This document shows positions 50,904 through 60,239 of a stretch of 64,000 nucleotides of DNA, piece after piece. The position numbers and the translations under genes were made by a program. The notes under the pieces were generated by a model, which saw nothing but the letters and a program-made list of their open reading frames with translations, searched no databases and was not told the origin of the DNA. Source of the stretch: Vicinamibacterales bacterium (GTDB lineage Bacteria > Acidobacteriota > Vicinamibacteria > Vicinamibacterales > UBA2999); assembly GCA_050249615.1 (NCBI GenBank), contig JBFWQE010000009.1, positions 107 through 64,106 on the forward strand, in the 5' to 3' direction. Within the stretch, counting starts at the first letter, position 1. Each line of letters opens with the position of its first letter.

Positions 50904-51941
50904 CTAGCGAGAACGGCGGCGCTCCCGGAAGTACCGGACCTGCCACTCGTGCACGTTACGGTTGTGCTCGGCCAGCGTGTCGGCAAAGACGTGCGAGCCA
51001 TCGTTCCGGCTCACGAAGTACAGGTGGCGCACGTCGGCCGGTCGGATCGCGGCCTCGATGGAGGCCAGGCCCGGTGACGCGATCGGTCCCGGGGGCAGGC
51101 CCGCGTACCGGTACGTGTTGTAGGGTGAGTCGAACTGCAGGTCGGCCCGCGAGAGGTTGCCGTCGTATCGGCCGGCCAGCCGGAGGGCATAGATGACCGT
51201 GGGATCGGCCTGCATGCCCATGCCGATGGCCAGGCGGTTGCGGTACACGGCGGCGACCAGGGGCCGCTCCTCGGCGCGCGCAGTCTCCTTCTCCACCAGG
51301 GAGGCCAGCGTCACGACCTGGCGCGTGGTCAAGCCGGCGGCAGCGGCCTCGGCCTGCAGGCCCTCCGAATACAGCTTGCGGAAGAGCCCCACCATCTGTG
51401 CCACCAGCTCGTCGGCCGTGGTTCCCCTGGGCAACGCATAGGTCTCGGGAAACAGGTAGCCCTCGAGGTCGCGCGCGTCAGGATCGAGATCCGCGATGAG
51501 CGCGCGGTTCTTCGCGGCCCGCTCGAACTCGGCGGCCGGCCCGAACCCGCGCTCCTCGAATACGGCCGCTATGTCCGCGATGATGAGCCCCTCGCGGAAC
51601 GTGACCAGCCGCTTGTAGACGTCCCCGCGCGCGATGCGATCGATGACCTCGACAGCGCTCGACGCCCGATCGAAGCGGTACTCGCCCGCCTTCAGGTCGC
51701 GAGCCCGGCCTGTCAGCCACAGCGCGACGCGGAAGGTGTTCGCGTCGCGCACGACGCCGGCCTCCGCCAGCCGGGCGCCGACGCCGCCCGCACCCGTGCC
51801 CGGTGGGATGTCCACGAACTGCTCAGGGCCTTCGAAGCCTTGAAACGGTTCGTGCACGCGCGTGTACGCCACCCACGCAACACCGGCCGCGGCCAGGCCC
51901 AGGACTATGGCGAGAATCAACAGCCCCTTGACGACGCGCAT
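50904..51941 (-). CDS. mltG: Endolytic murein transglycosylase MltG (YceG)
   Basis: 345 aa with an N-terminal TM and YceG-like motifs (ASLVEKET, DSPYNTY). Confidence 0.9.
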   Translation of the reverse strand: MRVVKGLLILAIVLGLAAAGVAWVAYTRVHEPFQGFEGPEQFVDIPPGTGAGGVGARLAEAGVVRDANTFRVALWLTGRARDLKAGEYRFDRASSAVEVIDRIARGDVYKRLVTFREGLIIADIAAVFEERGFGPAAEFERAAKNRALIADLDPDARDLEGYLFPETYALPRGTTADELVAQMVGLFRKLYSEGLQAEAAAAGLTTRQVVTLASLVEKETARAEERPLVAAVYRNRLAIGMGMQADPTVIYALRLAGRYDGNLSRADLQFDSPYNTYRYAGLPPGPIASPGLASIEAAIRPADVRHLYFVSRNDGSHVFADTLAEHNRNVHEWQVRYFRERRRSR

Positions 51942-51944
51942 GGC

Positions 51945-52376
51945 TCAGGATCGATGGTCGAGGAAGTCCTGCAGGACGACCGCGGCAGCGGCGGCATCGA
52001 GCTTCTTCTTGCGCACGCGCCAGTCGCGATGGCCGCGTTCGGTCAGCCGCCGCTCGGCCTCGTGGCTCGACAACCGCTCGTCCTGCAGGACGACGCGCAC
52101 CGTGGTCCGCGCCTCGAGGGCGCGCGCAAACGCTTCGACGCGCGGGGTCTGATCGGTGGGCGTACCGTCGAGGCGACGAGGCCAGCCGACCACCACCACG
52201 TCGAGCCCCTCGTCTTCCCGCTGAAGGCCGTCGATCGTCTCGACGATCAGCCGCAGCGTGTCCCCCTCCGACGATGGTCGCTCGACCAGCCGCCACGGCG
52301 AGGCCAGCGTGCCGGTGGCGTCGCTCAGCGCAAGGCCAATCCGGCGCGCGCCGTAGTCGATGCCGAGCGCCCGCAC
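51945..52376 (-). CDS. ruvX: Holliday-junction-resolvase-like RuvX/YqgF
   Basis: (GTG)RALGIDYGARRIGLALSD, with C-terminal DAAAAAVVLQDFL. Confidence 0.9.
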   Translation of the reverse strand: MRALGIDYGARRIGLALSDATGTLASPWRLVERPSSEGDTLRLIVETIDGLQREDEGLDVVVVGWPRRLDGTPTDQTPRVEAFARALEARTTVRVVLQDERLSSHEAERRLTERGHRDWRVRKKKLDAAAAAVVLQDFLDHRS

Positions 52377-52390
52377 CCCGCCAGTATAAG

Positions 52391-54409
52391 ATGCGCGGCG
52401 TGCGGAGCTTGTGCCTGGCCGCGGCCCTGCTGGCCGCGGCGTGCGCGCCCACGCCGGACACGGCCGTGCGGAGGCTGGTCGTGCTCGCGGTGGACGGCAT
52501 GGATCCCGAGATCACCGAGCGGTTGATCCGGCAGGGCCGCGCGCCGCACCTGGCCGACCTCGCCCGCGCCTCGGGCGTCACGCGCGTTATCTCGACGCCG
52601 GGTGCCGAACCGGCGTCGGCCTGGACCTCGCTGGCGACAGGCGTCAACGCCGGGCGGCATGGCGTGTTCGACCTGATCGCCCCCGATCCCGACTCGGGGC
52701 GGCCCCGGGCCGCCACGCTGGTGCCTCGCGCGTCCCGGCGGTGGTTCGGCCGCTGGTGGTCGGAAGGCGCCGCGTACGAGCCCGTCGTGGACGTCGAGCC
52801 CTTCTGGACACGCCTGGGACAAGCCGGCACTCGCGCCCGGGTGCTCTTCGTGCCGGGCACCTTCCCCCCGCGACCGATCCCTGGAGGCACGCTCATCGCC
52901 GGCACGCCGCTCCCCGACTGGGGCGGCAGCCCCGGAGCCGGCTACACATGGCTCGCCTCCGACGTCTCACCGTCCCAGGTGGGTCCCACCCGGTACGGAG
53001 GCCGCGTCGAGCGCCTCGCCTTCGCGCGGAACATCGCGCACGCCACCGTGGTGGGCTTGCGCGCCCCCGAACGCAGGGACCTTCCGCTCACCGTCACCTG
53101 GAATCCTGAGGCCCGCAGCGCGAACATCGCCATCGGCGACGCCTCGGTGTACCTCGCCGAGGGCCAGCGCAGCAGGTGGGTCGAGCTCTCCGTCAGCGTG
53201 AGCCCCGTGACCCGGGTTCGCGGCCTGGTGCAGCTCTATCTCGCCCGCGCCGGCAACGACGTGCAGCTCTACGTGTCGCCCATTCAGTGGCATCCCGCCG
53301 CCCCGCCGTCCGCCATTTCCGCCCCGCCCTCGGCTGCCGGTCGACTGTTCGATCGCCTCGGCGTGTACCGCACTCTGGCCTGGCCGGAGGCCGGGTGGGC
53401 GCTGGCAGACGGGTGGCTGCCTGAGGCCTTGTTCATCGCCGCCGAGGAAGAGACGTTCGAGGATCGGGCGGAGGCGCTGCTCAATCGCGTGGACTCGGCC
53501 GACTGGCACCTCATCGTCGCGGGCATCGAGAGCCTCGACACGACCGGCCGGCTCATGTGGCGCTTCATCGACCCGGGGCATGCCACGCACGACAGCGCCC
53601 TGGCGCCGAAGTTCGCCGGCGCGATCGAGCGCATGTACCTGCGGCTGGACGAGCTCGTCGGCCAGATCCGCGCCCGGTTGCCTGACGGAGCGGACCTGGC
53701 GGTGGTGTCGCCCTACGGGCTGTACACCGCGCGCCACGTGGTGGATCTGAATCGATGGCTCGCCACGGAAGGGCTGCTCCACTGGCGCGCGCCGCCGGGT
53801 CCGGTCACGCTCGCCGCTCTGGCCGATGCCTCGCTGTGGGAGGACACCGTGGACTGGACGAAGACGACCGCACGGGCGATGGGAGCGGGACATCTCTACA
53901 TCAACGTGCGCGGCCGTGACCCGGGAGGAATCGTCGAGCCCGGGGCGGCCTACGAGGCCGTTCTCCAGCAGCTGCGCGAGGGACTCGAACGACTCACCGA
54001 TCCGCTCTCGGGTCGGCGGGTGGTCGCGCGCGTGCGTCCGGGCCGGGAGTTGTTCACGGGCCCGCACGCCGCCGGCGCACCGGACCTGGTCGTTACCTTT
54101 TCACCGGGCTATCGCGCCAGTTGGGACGCCATGCTGGGCGGCGCAGCGGAGGTCGCCATCGATCGAAACCACGAGCGATGGAGCGCCGAGCACTCGTCGG
54201 TGGATGAGCGGACGGTGCCCGGCGTGTGGTTGTCGTCGGTGGCCGTGTCAGCGACGGAGATGAGCGTGCTCGACGTCGCCCCGACCATCCTGGGGTACTT
54301 CGGGCAGGCGGGCGTGGATCTCGACGGCGGGTCGCAACTCGCCTCCCCGTCGGGCGTGGATGATCACGCCGGAGGCGCCGCCGCGCCTCCCAGGAAATCG
54401 CGCAGGTAG
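52391..54409 (+). CDS. Alkaline-phosphatase-superfamily (type I phosphodiesterase / nucleotide pyrophosphatase-like) lipoprotein
   Basis: Lipobox LLAAACA. Metal-site block VVLAVDGMDPE and PASAWTSLATG. Start at Met40 of the track ORF. Confidence 0.75.
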   Translation: MRGVRSLCLAAALLAAACAPTPDTAVRRLVVLAVDGMDPEITERLIRQGRAPHLADLARASGVTRVISTPGAEPASAWTSLATGVNAGRHGVFDLIAPDPDSGRPRAATLVPRASRRWFGRWWSEGAAYEPVVDVEPFWTRLGQAGTRARVLFVPGTFPPRPIPGGTLIAGTPLPDWGGSPGAGYTWLASDVSPSQVGPTRYGGRVERLAFARNIAHATVVGLRAPERRDLPLTVTWNPEARSANIAIGDASVYLAEGQRSRWVELSVSVSPVTRVRGLVQLYLARAGNDVQLYVSPIQWHPAAPPSAISAPPSAAGRLFDRLGVYRTLAWPEAGWALADGWLPEALFIAAEEETFEDRAEALLNRVDSADWHLIVAGIESLDTTGRLMWRFIDPGHATHDSALAPKFAGAIERMYLRLDELVGQIRARLPDGADLAVVSPYGLYTARHVVDLNRWLATEGLLHWRAPPGPVTLAALADASLWEDTVDWTKTTARAMGAGHLYINVRGRDPGGIVEPGAAYEAVLQQLREGLERLTDPLSGRRVVARVRPGRELFTGPHAAGAPDLVVTFSPGYRASWDAMLGGAAEVAIDRNHERWSAEHSSVDERTVPGVWLSSVAVSATEMSVLDVAPTILGYFGQAGVDLDGGSQLASPSGVDDHAGGAAAPPRKSRR

Positions 54410-54687
54410 AAGGCCACGACCGCGGCGCTGGCGACGAGCGCAAGCATGCGGGTCACGGCCGGCCTGGTTCCCACGACCCGCTGAGTGATGAGCTGGACGG
54501 GCTGCCACTCGATGAAAAACACCAGATAGGACAGGGCCATGCCCATGGGGATCCCGAGGCTCGGGACGAGCACCATCGGCAGGAGGGTCAGGGTGAACAC
54601 CCCGCCGAGCCAGGTGCTGATGGTCAACCACCGCAACTCTCCCCGGGAGATGATCACGGGGGCCGATTCCGGGGGGTTCTGCATCAA
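54364..54687 (-). CDS. Small membrane protein
   Basis: 107 aa with three hydrophobic helices and high GC3 in frame. Its 3' end overlaps the convergent gene by 46 nt. No family recognised. Confidence 0.45.
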   Translation of the reverse strand: MMQNPPESAPVIISRGELRWLTISTWLGGVFTLTLLPMVLVPSLGIPMGMALSYLVFFIEWQPVQLITQRVVGTRPAVTRMLALVASAAVVAFYLRDFLGGAAAPPA

Positions 54688-54709
54688 CCGATCTTACAAT
54701 TGCGCCACG

Positions 54710-55903
54710 ATGCGATGTCGTGCTCCCGCGTGGGGCCTGGCCTGCTGGTTCGTCGCCGCCGGTGCAGCGGTCCTGTCCGGATGGCAGGGATCCGCCGCGG
54801 GGCAGCCCCCCGCCGCCGTGCCTGCTCCGGCTCAGGACACTGCCGGCGAGGCGAAGGCCCTGGTGGCGCGGGCGGCAGAAAGGATTCGGGCCCTGCAGAA
54901 GGAGGCCGACGAGCTGGCGGCCCGGGCGCGGACGCTCTTCAACGACCTCCGCAAGCTCGAGCTGGAGCGTGCCATCGCCCAGGAGCAGGTCGCCTCGACA
55001 GATGCCCAGCTGGCGACGGTCACGGCGGAGCGAGATGCCGCGGCCGGACGCGTGGAGGAACTCGAGGCCGAGCGAGTCGCGAACACGCCTGGCGTCGCCG
55101 AGCGGCTCGTGTCCATCTACAAGCGCGGCCGCGGCGGCTACGCGCGCCTGCTGCTCTCGTCGGACGACCCTCGGGCCTTCGGCCGCCTGACGCGGGGGGT
55201 CGCGGCCATCGCCACGCTGGATCGCCTCCGCGTCGAGACGCACCGGCGAACCCTCGCCGCGGAGCGCACGGCGCTCGCCGAGCTGGAAGCACGGCGGGCG
55301 GAGGTCATCGGCCTGCAGCAGAAGGCGGCGGAGGCGCGGGCGGCGCTGGAGAAAACGGTCAAGGCACGGAATGCGGCTATTGACGCGCTCGATGCCCGTC
55401 GCGACCTCGCCGCGCAGTACGTGGCCGAACTGCTGCAGGCCCAGTCCGCCCTGCAGCAGGCCGTCGTCAATATGGGCGACACACCCGCCGACCTGCCGTT
55501 CGAGCCTTTCCGCGGCGCTCTGGACTGGCCGGTCCGTGGCCGTGTCGTCACGCGGTTCGGCCCCAGCCGCGAAGGCCGATTCGGCACGTCGATCGTCCGA
55601 AACGGTATCGAGATCGCGGCCGACGAGGGGAGCCGCGTTCGGGCCGTGCACGGTGGACGGGTGGCCTACGCGGCGCCCTTTGCCGGCTTCGGTACGCTGG
55701 TCATCGTCGATCACGGGAACCAGTCGTTCACGCTGTACGGGCACCTCCGCGAGGCCCTGGTGGAACGGGACACCCGCATCGCGCGGGGTGGCACCGTCGG
55801 CCTGGTCGGGCTGGCCCCGGCCGGGAGCGCCGCCCTCTACTTCGAGGTGCGCGTCGACGGGCGGCCGGTCGATCCCCTACAATGGCTCAGGAGTCCACCA
55901 TGA
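54710..55903 (+). CDS. EnvC-like murein hydrolase activator (coiled coil + M23/LytM domain)
   Basis: Signal peptide, a long coiled coil, and a C-terminal M23 domain (GIEIAADEGSRVRAVHGGRVAYA...VIVDHGNQSFTLYGHL). Confidence 0.85.
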   Translation: MRCRAPAWGLACWFVAAGAAVLSGWQGSAAGQPPAAVPAPAQDTAGEAKALVARAAERIRALQKEADELAARARTLFNDLRKLELERAIAQEQVASTDAQLATVTAERDAAAGRVEELEAERVANTPGVAERLVSIYKRGRGGYARLLLSSDDPRAFGRLTRGVAAIATLDRLRVETHRRTLAAERTALAELEARRAEVIGLQQKAAEARAALEKTVKARNAAIDALDARRDLAAQYVAELLQAQSALQQAVVNMGDTPADLPFEPFRGALDWPVRGRVVTRFGPSREGRFGTSIVRNGIEIAADEGSRVRAVHGGRVAYAAPFAGFGTLVIVDHGNQSFTLYGHLREALVERDTRIARGGTVGLVGLAPAGSAALYFEVRVDGRPVDPLQWLRSPP

Positions 55904-57069
55904 ACCGACGCGGCCGCCTCATCGTGCTCGCCCTGTCCATCCCCATCGTCGTCTTTGCGGCGGTCGGGGGCTTCATGAGCAGGGCCATGGCGGCGCGGGA
56001 GGAAAGCTACCAGCATCTCCGCATCTTCGAGGACGTCGTCACGCTCATCACGAACAACTACGTCGAGGACGTGGATGTGGACAAGGTGATGCACGGGGCC
56101 CTGCACGGCCTCGCCGACGGGCTGGATCCGGATACGGCTTATCTGGACGTCAAACAGGTGTCGGCGTTCGAGAAGGGCGATGCGCTGCCCCAGGGCCAGA
56201 CGGGCCTCGAGCTCACCCGACAGTATTACCTGCGCGTGATCGCGGCCCGGGACGGTTCCCCGGCGGCGCGCGCGGGCCTGCAGCCTGGCGACTACATCCG
56301 CGCCATCGACGGGCAGTCCACGCGCGATACGTCGGTTTTCGAGGGCATGAGGCTGCTCGGCGGCAAGCCCGGGACCACGGTGCGGCTCACCCTGCTCCGC
56401 GGCAATGCGGCCGATCCGCACGACGTCGAGCTCACCCGCGAAGCGCTGCCGGCCCTGGCCGTGCGGGGTCGGGTCGCGGCGCCCGGCACGGGCTACCTTC
56501 GGGTAGCGGAGTTCGGGCGGGCCACCGCGGAACAGATTCGCAGCGAGACCGCGGCCCTCCAGAAGGCCGGCGCCGCTCGGCTCGTCGTCGACGTGCGCGG
56601 CAATGCGTTCGGCGACCTGGAGACAGGGCTTGCGGCGGCTCGCCTGTTCGTGTCGAGCGGCACGCTCGCCTTTCGCCAGGATCGCGGCAAGGACAAGGAG
56701 CCCATTGCCGCCGCCAGCGGTGACGGCGCCATCACGCTGCCAGTGGTGTTGCTGACCGACAACGGCACCGCCGGCGCGGCGGAGCTGTTCGCCGGGGCCC
56801 TTCAGGGTAATCGGCGCGCGCAGGTCGTGGGCGAACGCACGCGGGGCCGGGCCGCCAGGCAGAAACTCGTCAAGCTGCCCGATGGCAGCGGCCTGCTCCT
56901 GACTCACCTTTATTACCTGCTCCCCGGCGGTGGCGCCATCAACGAGAAGGGGCTCGTCCCCGACATTGCCGTGGAGCAGCCGACCATCGAGTTCGGCCAG
57001 ACCCCACCCGCCGGCGATCCCATTCTCGAGAAGGCCATCGAGAGCCTGACCGAGAAGAAGGCGGCGTGA
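55900..57069 (+). CDS. S41 carboxy-terminal processing protease
   Basis: N-terminal TM, a PDZ segment and an S41 core (LVVDVRGN). ATGA overlap with the upstream gene. Confidence 0.9.
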   Translation: MNRRGRLIVLALSIPIVVFAAVGGFMSRAMAAREESYQHLRIFEDVVTLITNNYVEDVDVDKVMHGALHGLADGLDPDTAYLDVKQVSAFEKGDALPQGQTGLELTRQYYLRVIAARDGSPAARAGLQPGDYIRAIDGQSTRDTSVFEGMRLLGGKPGTTVRLTLLRGNAADPHDVELTREALPALAVRGRVAAPGTGYLRVAEFGRATAEQIRSETAALQKAGAARLVVDVRGNAFGDLETGLAAARLFVSSGTLAFRQDRGKDKEPIAAASGDGAITLPVVLLTDNGTAGAAELFAGALQGNRRAQVVGERTRGRAARQKLVKLPDGSGLLLTHLYYLLPGGGAINEKGLVPDIAVEQPTIEFGQTPPAGDPILEKAIESLTEKKAA

Positions 57070-57117
57070 AGGCGTCTGGTATACTTGGACTCCGGCTCGT
57101 CGGTACGCCAGACACAT

Positions 57118-57194
57118 AGGCGCGTAGCTCAGTTGGTTAGAGCGCCTGCTTGACACGCAGGAGGTCGGCAGTTCGAGTCTGCCCGTGCCTACCA
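57118..57194 (+). tRNA. tRNA-Val (anticodon GAC), CCA encoded
   Basis: Hand-folded cloverleaf. Acceptor AGGCGCG/CGTGCCT (one G-U), D stem GCTC/GAGC, anticodon stem CCTGC/GCAGG with loop TTGACAC, T arm GGCAG-TTCGAGT-CTGCC, discriminator A plus CCA. Confidence 0.9.
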
Positions 57195-57264
57195 TTCGAC
57201 GCGCTTCCGCCTCGCCATCGGCGAGTCGGAGGCTCGCTCAGGGCGAGCCCCTCGCTCCGCATCC

Positions 57265-59196
57265 ATGCCTCACATCACAGTCACGCTCCCGGACGGATCC
57301 CAGAAGCAGGTGGAGTCCGGCTCCCCCGTCCTGTCCGTTGCCGAGGCCATCTCGCCCCGCCTGGCCGAAGCCGCACTGGCGGCCTGGGTGGACGACCGGA
57401 TGGTGGACCTGGACTACCCCCTCACGGCCGATGCCTCGGTGCGCATCGTGACCAGCAAGAGCCCCGAGGCGCTGGAGCTCTATCGTCACTCCACGGCCCA
57501 CCTGATGGCCGCTGCGGTGACGGCGCTCTTCCCCAAGGTGCAGTGCGGCATCGGGCCGGCCATCGAGGACGGCTTCTTCTACGACTTCGTAGTCGAGCGT
57601 CCGTTCGTGCCCGAGGACCTGGAAGCCATCGAGGCGAAGATGCGGGAGCTGGCGGCGGGTGACTTCCGCTACGAGCGGCAGATGTGGCCCCGCGACGAAG
57701 CCATCGACTTCTTCCGGAAGCGCGGCGAGCCGCTGAAGGTGCAGCTCATCGAGGAGAAGACGGCCGGCCAGTCGCACGTGTCGTGCTACACGATCAAGGA
57801 TCGCGACACGTTCGTGGACTTCTGCGTCGGCCCCCACGTCCCCAGCACGGGCAAGCTCAAGGCCTTCAAGCTGACGACGACCTCGAATGCCTACTGGAAG
57901 GGCGACGCGAAGAACCAGCCGATGCAGCGCGTCTACGGCACGGCGTTCTTCTCGCAGAAGGAGCTGGACGAGCATCTCACGCGCCTCGAGGAGGCGAAGA
58001 GGCGCGACCATCGCAGGCTGGGCAAGGAACTGGGACTGTTCACCTTCCACCCCTGGGCCCCGGGCGCGGGTTTCTGGACCGGCAAGGGAGCCACGCTCTA
58101 CAACACGCTGGCCGACTACATGCGCGGCAAGCTGTTCCCCGCCGGCTACCAGGAAGTGAAGACGCCCATCGTCTACAACAAGGCGCTGTGGGAACTGTCC
58201 GGGCACTGGTCGCATTACCGCGAGAACATGTTCCTCGTGGAGTCGGCCGACGGCGAAGCGATGGGTCTGAAGGCGATGAACTGCCCGGGCCACTACCTGC
58301 TGTACTCCACGGAGAAGCACAGCTACCGGGAGATGCCGATCCGCTTCCACGAGCAGACACCGCTGCACCGCAACGAGGCGTCCGGCGTGCTCGGCGGGCT
58401 GACGCGGGTGCGCCAGTTCTCACAGGACGACGGCCACTGCTTCCTGATGGAGTCGCAGATCGCCGGCGAAGTGGAGGCGCTGCTGCGGCTGATCCAGGGC
58501 ATCTACGCGGATTTCGGCCTGGATTACGCGGCGAAGCTGTCCACGCGCCCGGAGAAGTTCATTGGCGAGATCGCGCTGTGGGATCGAGCCGAGGCCGCAC
58601 TCAAGGAAGCCCTCGAGCAGGCCCGGCAGCCCTACACGATCAACGCGGGTGACGGCGCGTTCTACGGGCCGAAGATCGACTTCGACATCACCGACGCGCT
58701 CGGCCGGAAGTGGCAGTGCGGCACGATCCAGCTGGACTACGTCGCGCCCGAGCGCTTCGACCTGAAGTACGTCGGCGCCGACAATACCGAGCATCGGCCG
58801 GTGGTGATCCACCGCGCCATCTTCGGCAGTTTCGAGCGGTTCATCGCCATCCTCATCGAGCATTTCGCCGGAGCCTTCCCGCTCTGGCTGGCGCCGGTGC
58901 AGGTGACGGTGCTGCCGATTGCCGACCGCCACCTGGACTATGCCCGTCAGGTGCGGGCCACGCTGGCGACCGCGGGGCTGAGGGCCGTGGTGGACGAGCG
59001 CCAGGAAAAGGTGAACCTGAAGATCCGGGAAGCGCAGCTCCAGAAGGTGCCTTACATGCTGGTGGTGGGCGACCGGGAGGCGGCGGAACGGGCGGTGGCG
59101 GTGCGCAGCCGGTCGAAGGGCGACCTGGGCGCCCGGCCGCTGGACCGGTTCCTGGCGGACGCGCTTGCCGAGGTGGGCTCGAAGCAGTTATCCTAG
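57265..59196 (+). CDS. thrS: Threonyl-tRNA synthetase
   Basis: 643 aa with the TGS domain, editing domain (HSTAH), class II core and anticodon-binding domain. Confidence 0.97.
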   Translation: MPHITVTLPDGSQKQVESGSPVLSVAEAISPRLAEAALAAWVDDRMVDLDYPLTADASVRIVTSKSPEALELYRHSTAHLMAAAVTALFPKVQCGIGPAIEDGFFYDFVVERPFVPEDLEAIEAKMRELAAGDFRYERQMWPRDEAIDFFRKRGEPLKVQLIEEKTAGQSHVSCYTIKDRDTFVDFCVGPHVPSTGKLKAFKLTTTSNAYWKGDAKNQPMQRVYGTAFFSQKELDEHLTRLEEAKRRDHRRLGKELGLFTFHPWAPGAGFWTGKGATLYNTLADYMRGKLFPAGYQEVKTPIVYNKALWELSGHWSHYRENMFLVESADGEAMGLKAMNCPGHYLLYSTEKHSYREMPIRFHEQTPLHRNEASGVLGGLTRVRQFSQDDGHCFLMESQIAGEVEALLRLIQGIYADFGLDYAAKLSTRPEKFIGEIALWDRAEAALKEALEQARQPYTINAGDGAFYGPKIDFDITDALGRKWQCGTIQLDYVAPERFDLKYVGADNTEHRPVVIHRAIFGSFERFIAILIEHFAGAFPLWLAPVQVTVLPIADRHLDYARQVRATLATAGLRAVVDERQEKVNLKIREAQLQKVPYMLVVGDREAAERAVAVRSRSKGDLGARPLDRFLADALAEVGSKQLS

Positions 59197-59222
59197 GAGT
59201 CTTTGCCGGATGGAGGACCACT

Positions 59223-59822
59223 ATCGCCTTCGATCGTAATCGCACGGGTCGCCGGGATGACCGGCTTCGGATCAACGAGCGCATCCGCGTGCGCGAAATC
59301 CGTGTCGTCGACGATACCGGACAGCAGCTGGGCATCATGCCGCCCCCGCAGGCGCTGGCCATCGCGCGCCAGAAGGGGCTGGACCTGGTGGAGATCTCGC
59401 CCACGGCCGTGCCGCCGGTATGCAAGATCATGGATTACGGCAAGTACCAGTACCAGGAGCAGAAGCGGAGCCGCGAGGCGAAGAAGCACCAGAAGGTGAT
59501 CCTGGTCAAGGAGATCAAGTTCCGTCCCAAGGTGGACGAGCACGATTACCAGTTCAAGAAGCACCACATCGAGCGCTTCCTGGCCGACGGCGACAAGGTG
59601 AAGGCGACGGTGTTCTTCCGCGGGCGGGAGATGGCGCACCCGGAAATCGGTCACCGGATCCTGATGCGCCTGCTGGAGGAGCTGGCCGACGTGGCGCAGC
59701 CGGAGACCATGCCGCGCCAGGAAGGCAACCAGATGCACACCATCCTCACCGCGAAGAAGGGTGCAGTGCCGAAGAAGCCCGCCGCGCGGGCCGAAGCCGA
59801 GGAAGTGAAGAGCGGATCATGA
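59223..59822 (+). CDS. infC: Translation initiation factor IF-3, non-AUG (ATC) start
   Basis: IF-3 sequence ([23 protein letters not shown]...[12 protein letters not shown]). The frame has no in-frame ATG/GTG/TTG between the SD and the conserved core. SD GGAGG at 59212-59216 is followed 6 nt later by ATC 59223. Confidence 0.85.
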   Translation: MAFDRNRTGRRDDRLRINERIRVREIRVVDDTGQQLGIMPPPQALAIARQKGLDLVEISPTAVPPVCKIMDYGKYQYQEQKRSREAKKHQKVILVKEIKFRPKVDEHDYQFKKHHIERFLADGDKVKATVFFRGREMAHPEIGHRILMRLLEELADVAQPETMPRQEGNQMHTILTAKKGAVPKKPAARAEAEEVKSGS

Positions 59823-60013
59823 AGCTGAAGACACATCGAGGAGCCGCCAAGCGGTTCAAGAAGACGGGCAGCGGGAAGATCGTGCGGGCGGCGGCGTTCA
59901 AGCGTCACATCCTCACGAGCAAGACGACGAAGAGCAAGCGGCAGATGCGCGGCACCGCGGTGGTCGCCGACGCCGACGCCCCGAAGCTGAACCGGATGCT
60001 GCCCTACAAGTAA
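59819..60013 (+). CDS. rpmI: Ribosomal protein L35
   Basis: [21 protein letters not shown], 64 aa. ATGA overlap with infC. Confidence 0.95.
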   Translation: MKLKTHRGAAKRFKKTGSGKIVRAAAFKRHILTSKTTKSKRQMRGTAVVADADAPKLNRMLPYK

Positions 60014-60107
60014 GTGAGAAGTGAGAAGCAAGGAGCAGGGAACGAGAGACTGAGACGACAGGAGCGAGAGGCGATCGGCTTCTCACTTCTGACTTCTCAC
60101 TTCTGAC
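60014..60107. repeat. Heptamer-phased inverted block (GTGAGAA ... TTCTCAC) after rpmI
   Basis: gtgagaa gtgagaa gcaagga gcaggga acgagag actgaga ... ggcttct cacttct gacttct cacttct gacttcc. 60017-60029 is perfectly complementary to 60078-60090 (13 bp). Confidence 0.85.
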
Positions 60108-60114
60108 TTCCCTC

Positions 60115-60239
60115 GGGGTGCGCCGCGGCCCGCGTCAATGGGGCTTTTCCGCCGCGGCATCACGCACCCGGTCACGACAGGACGTCGCTGGCCTCAAGTC
60201 CCGCCACCGTGCGGGCCCCCATTCGCGACTGGAGCCATC
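60115..60239 (+). promoter_or_regulatory. Structured rplT leader (possible L20 autoregulatory operator)
   Basis: GGGTGCG (60116-60122) pairs with CGCACCC (60163-60169). CCGCGGC (60123-60129) pairs with GCCGCGG (60151-60157). Loop AAUGGGG (60137-60143) is complementary to CCCCAUU (60217-60223), just upstream of the SD at 60231. Confidence 0.4.

Noticed and set aside
57118-57194. tRNA-Val as an integration site for a genomic island
   Set aside because: No integrase, direct repeat of the tRNA 3' end, or compositional break follows. The downstream genes are the universally conserved thrS-infC-rpmI-rplT-pheST cluster.
57195-57264. T-box or tRNA-like operator in the thrS leader
   Set aside because: The leader is only 70 nt, with two short hairpins. 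That is too short for a T-box, and it has no specifier/T-box sequence. Resemblance to an anticodon-arm mimic cannot be judged by eye.
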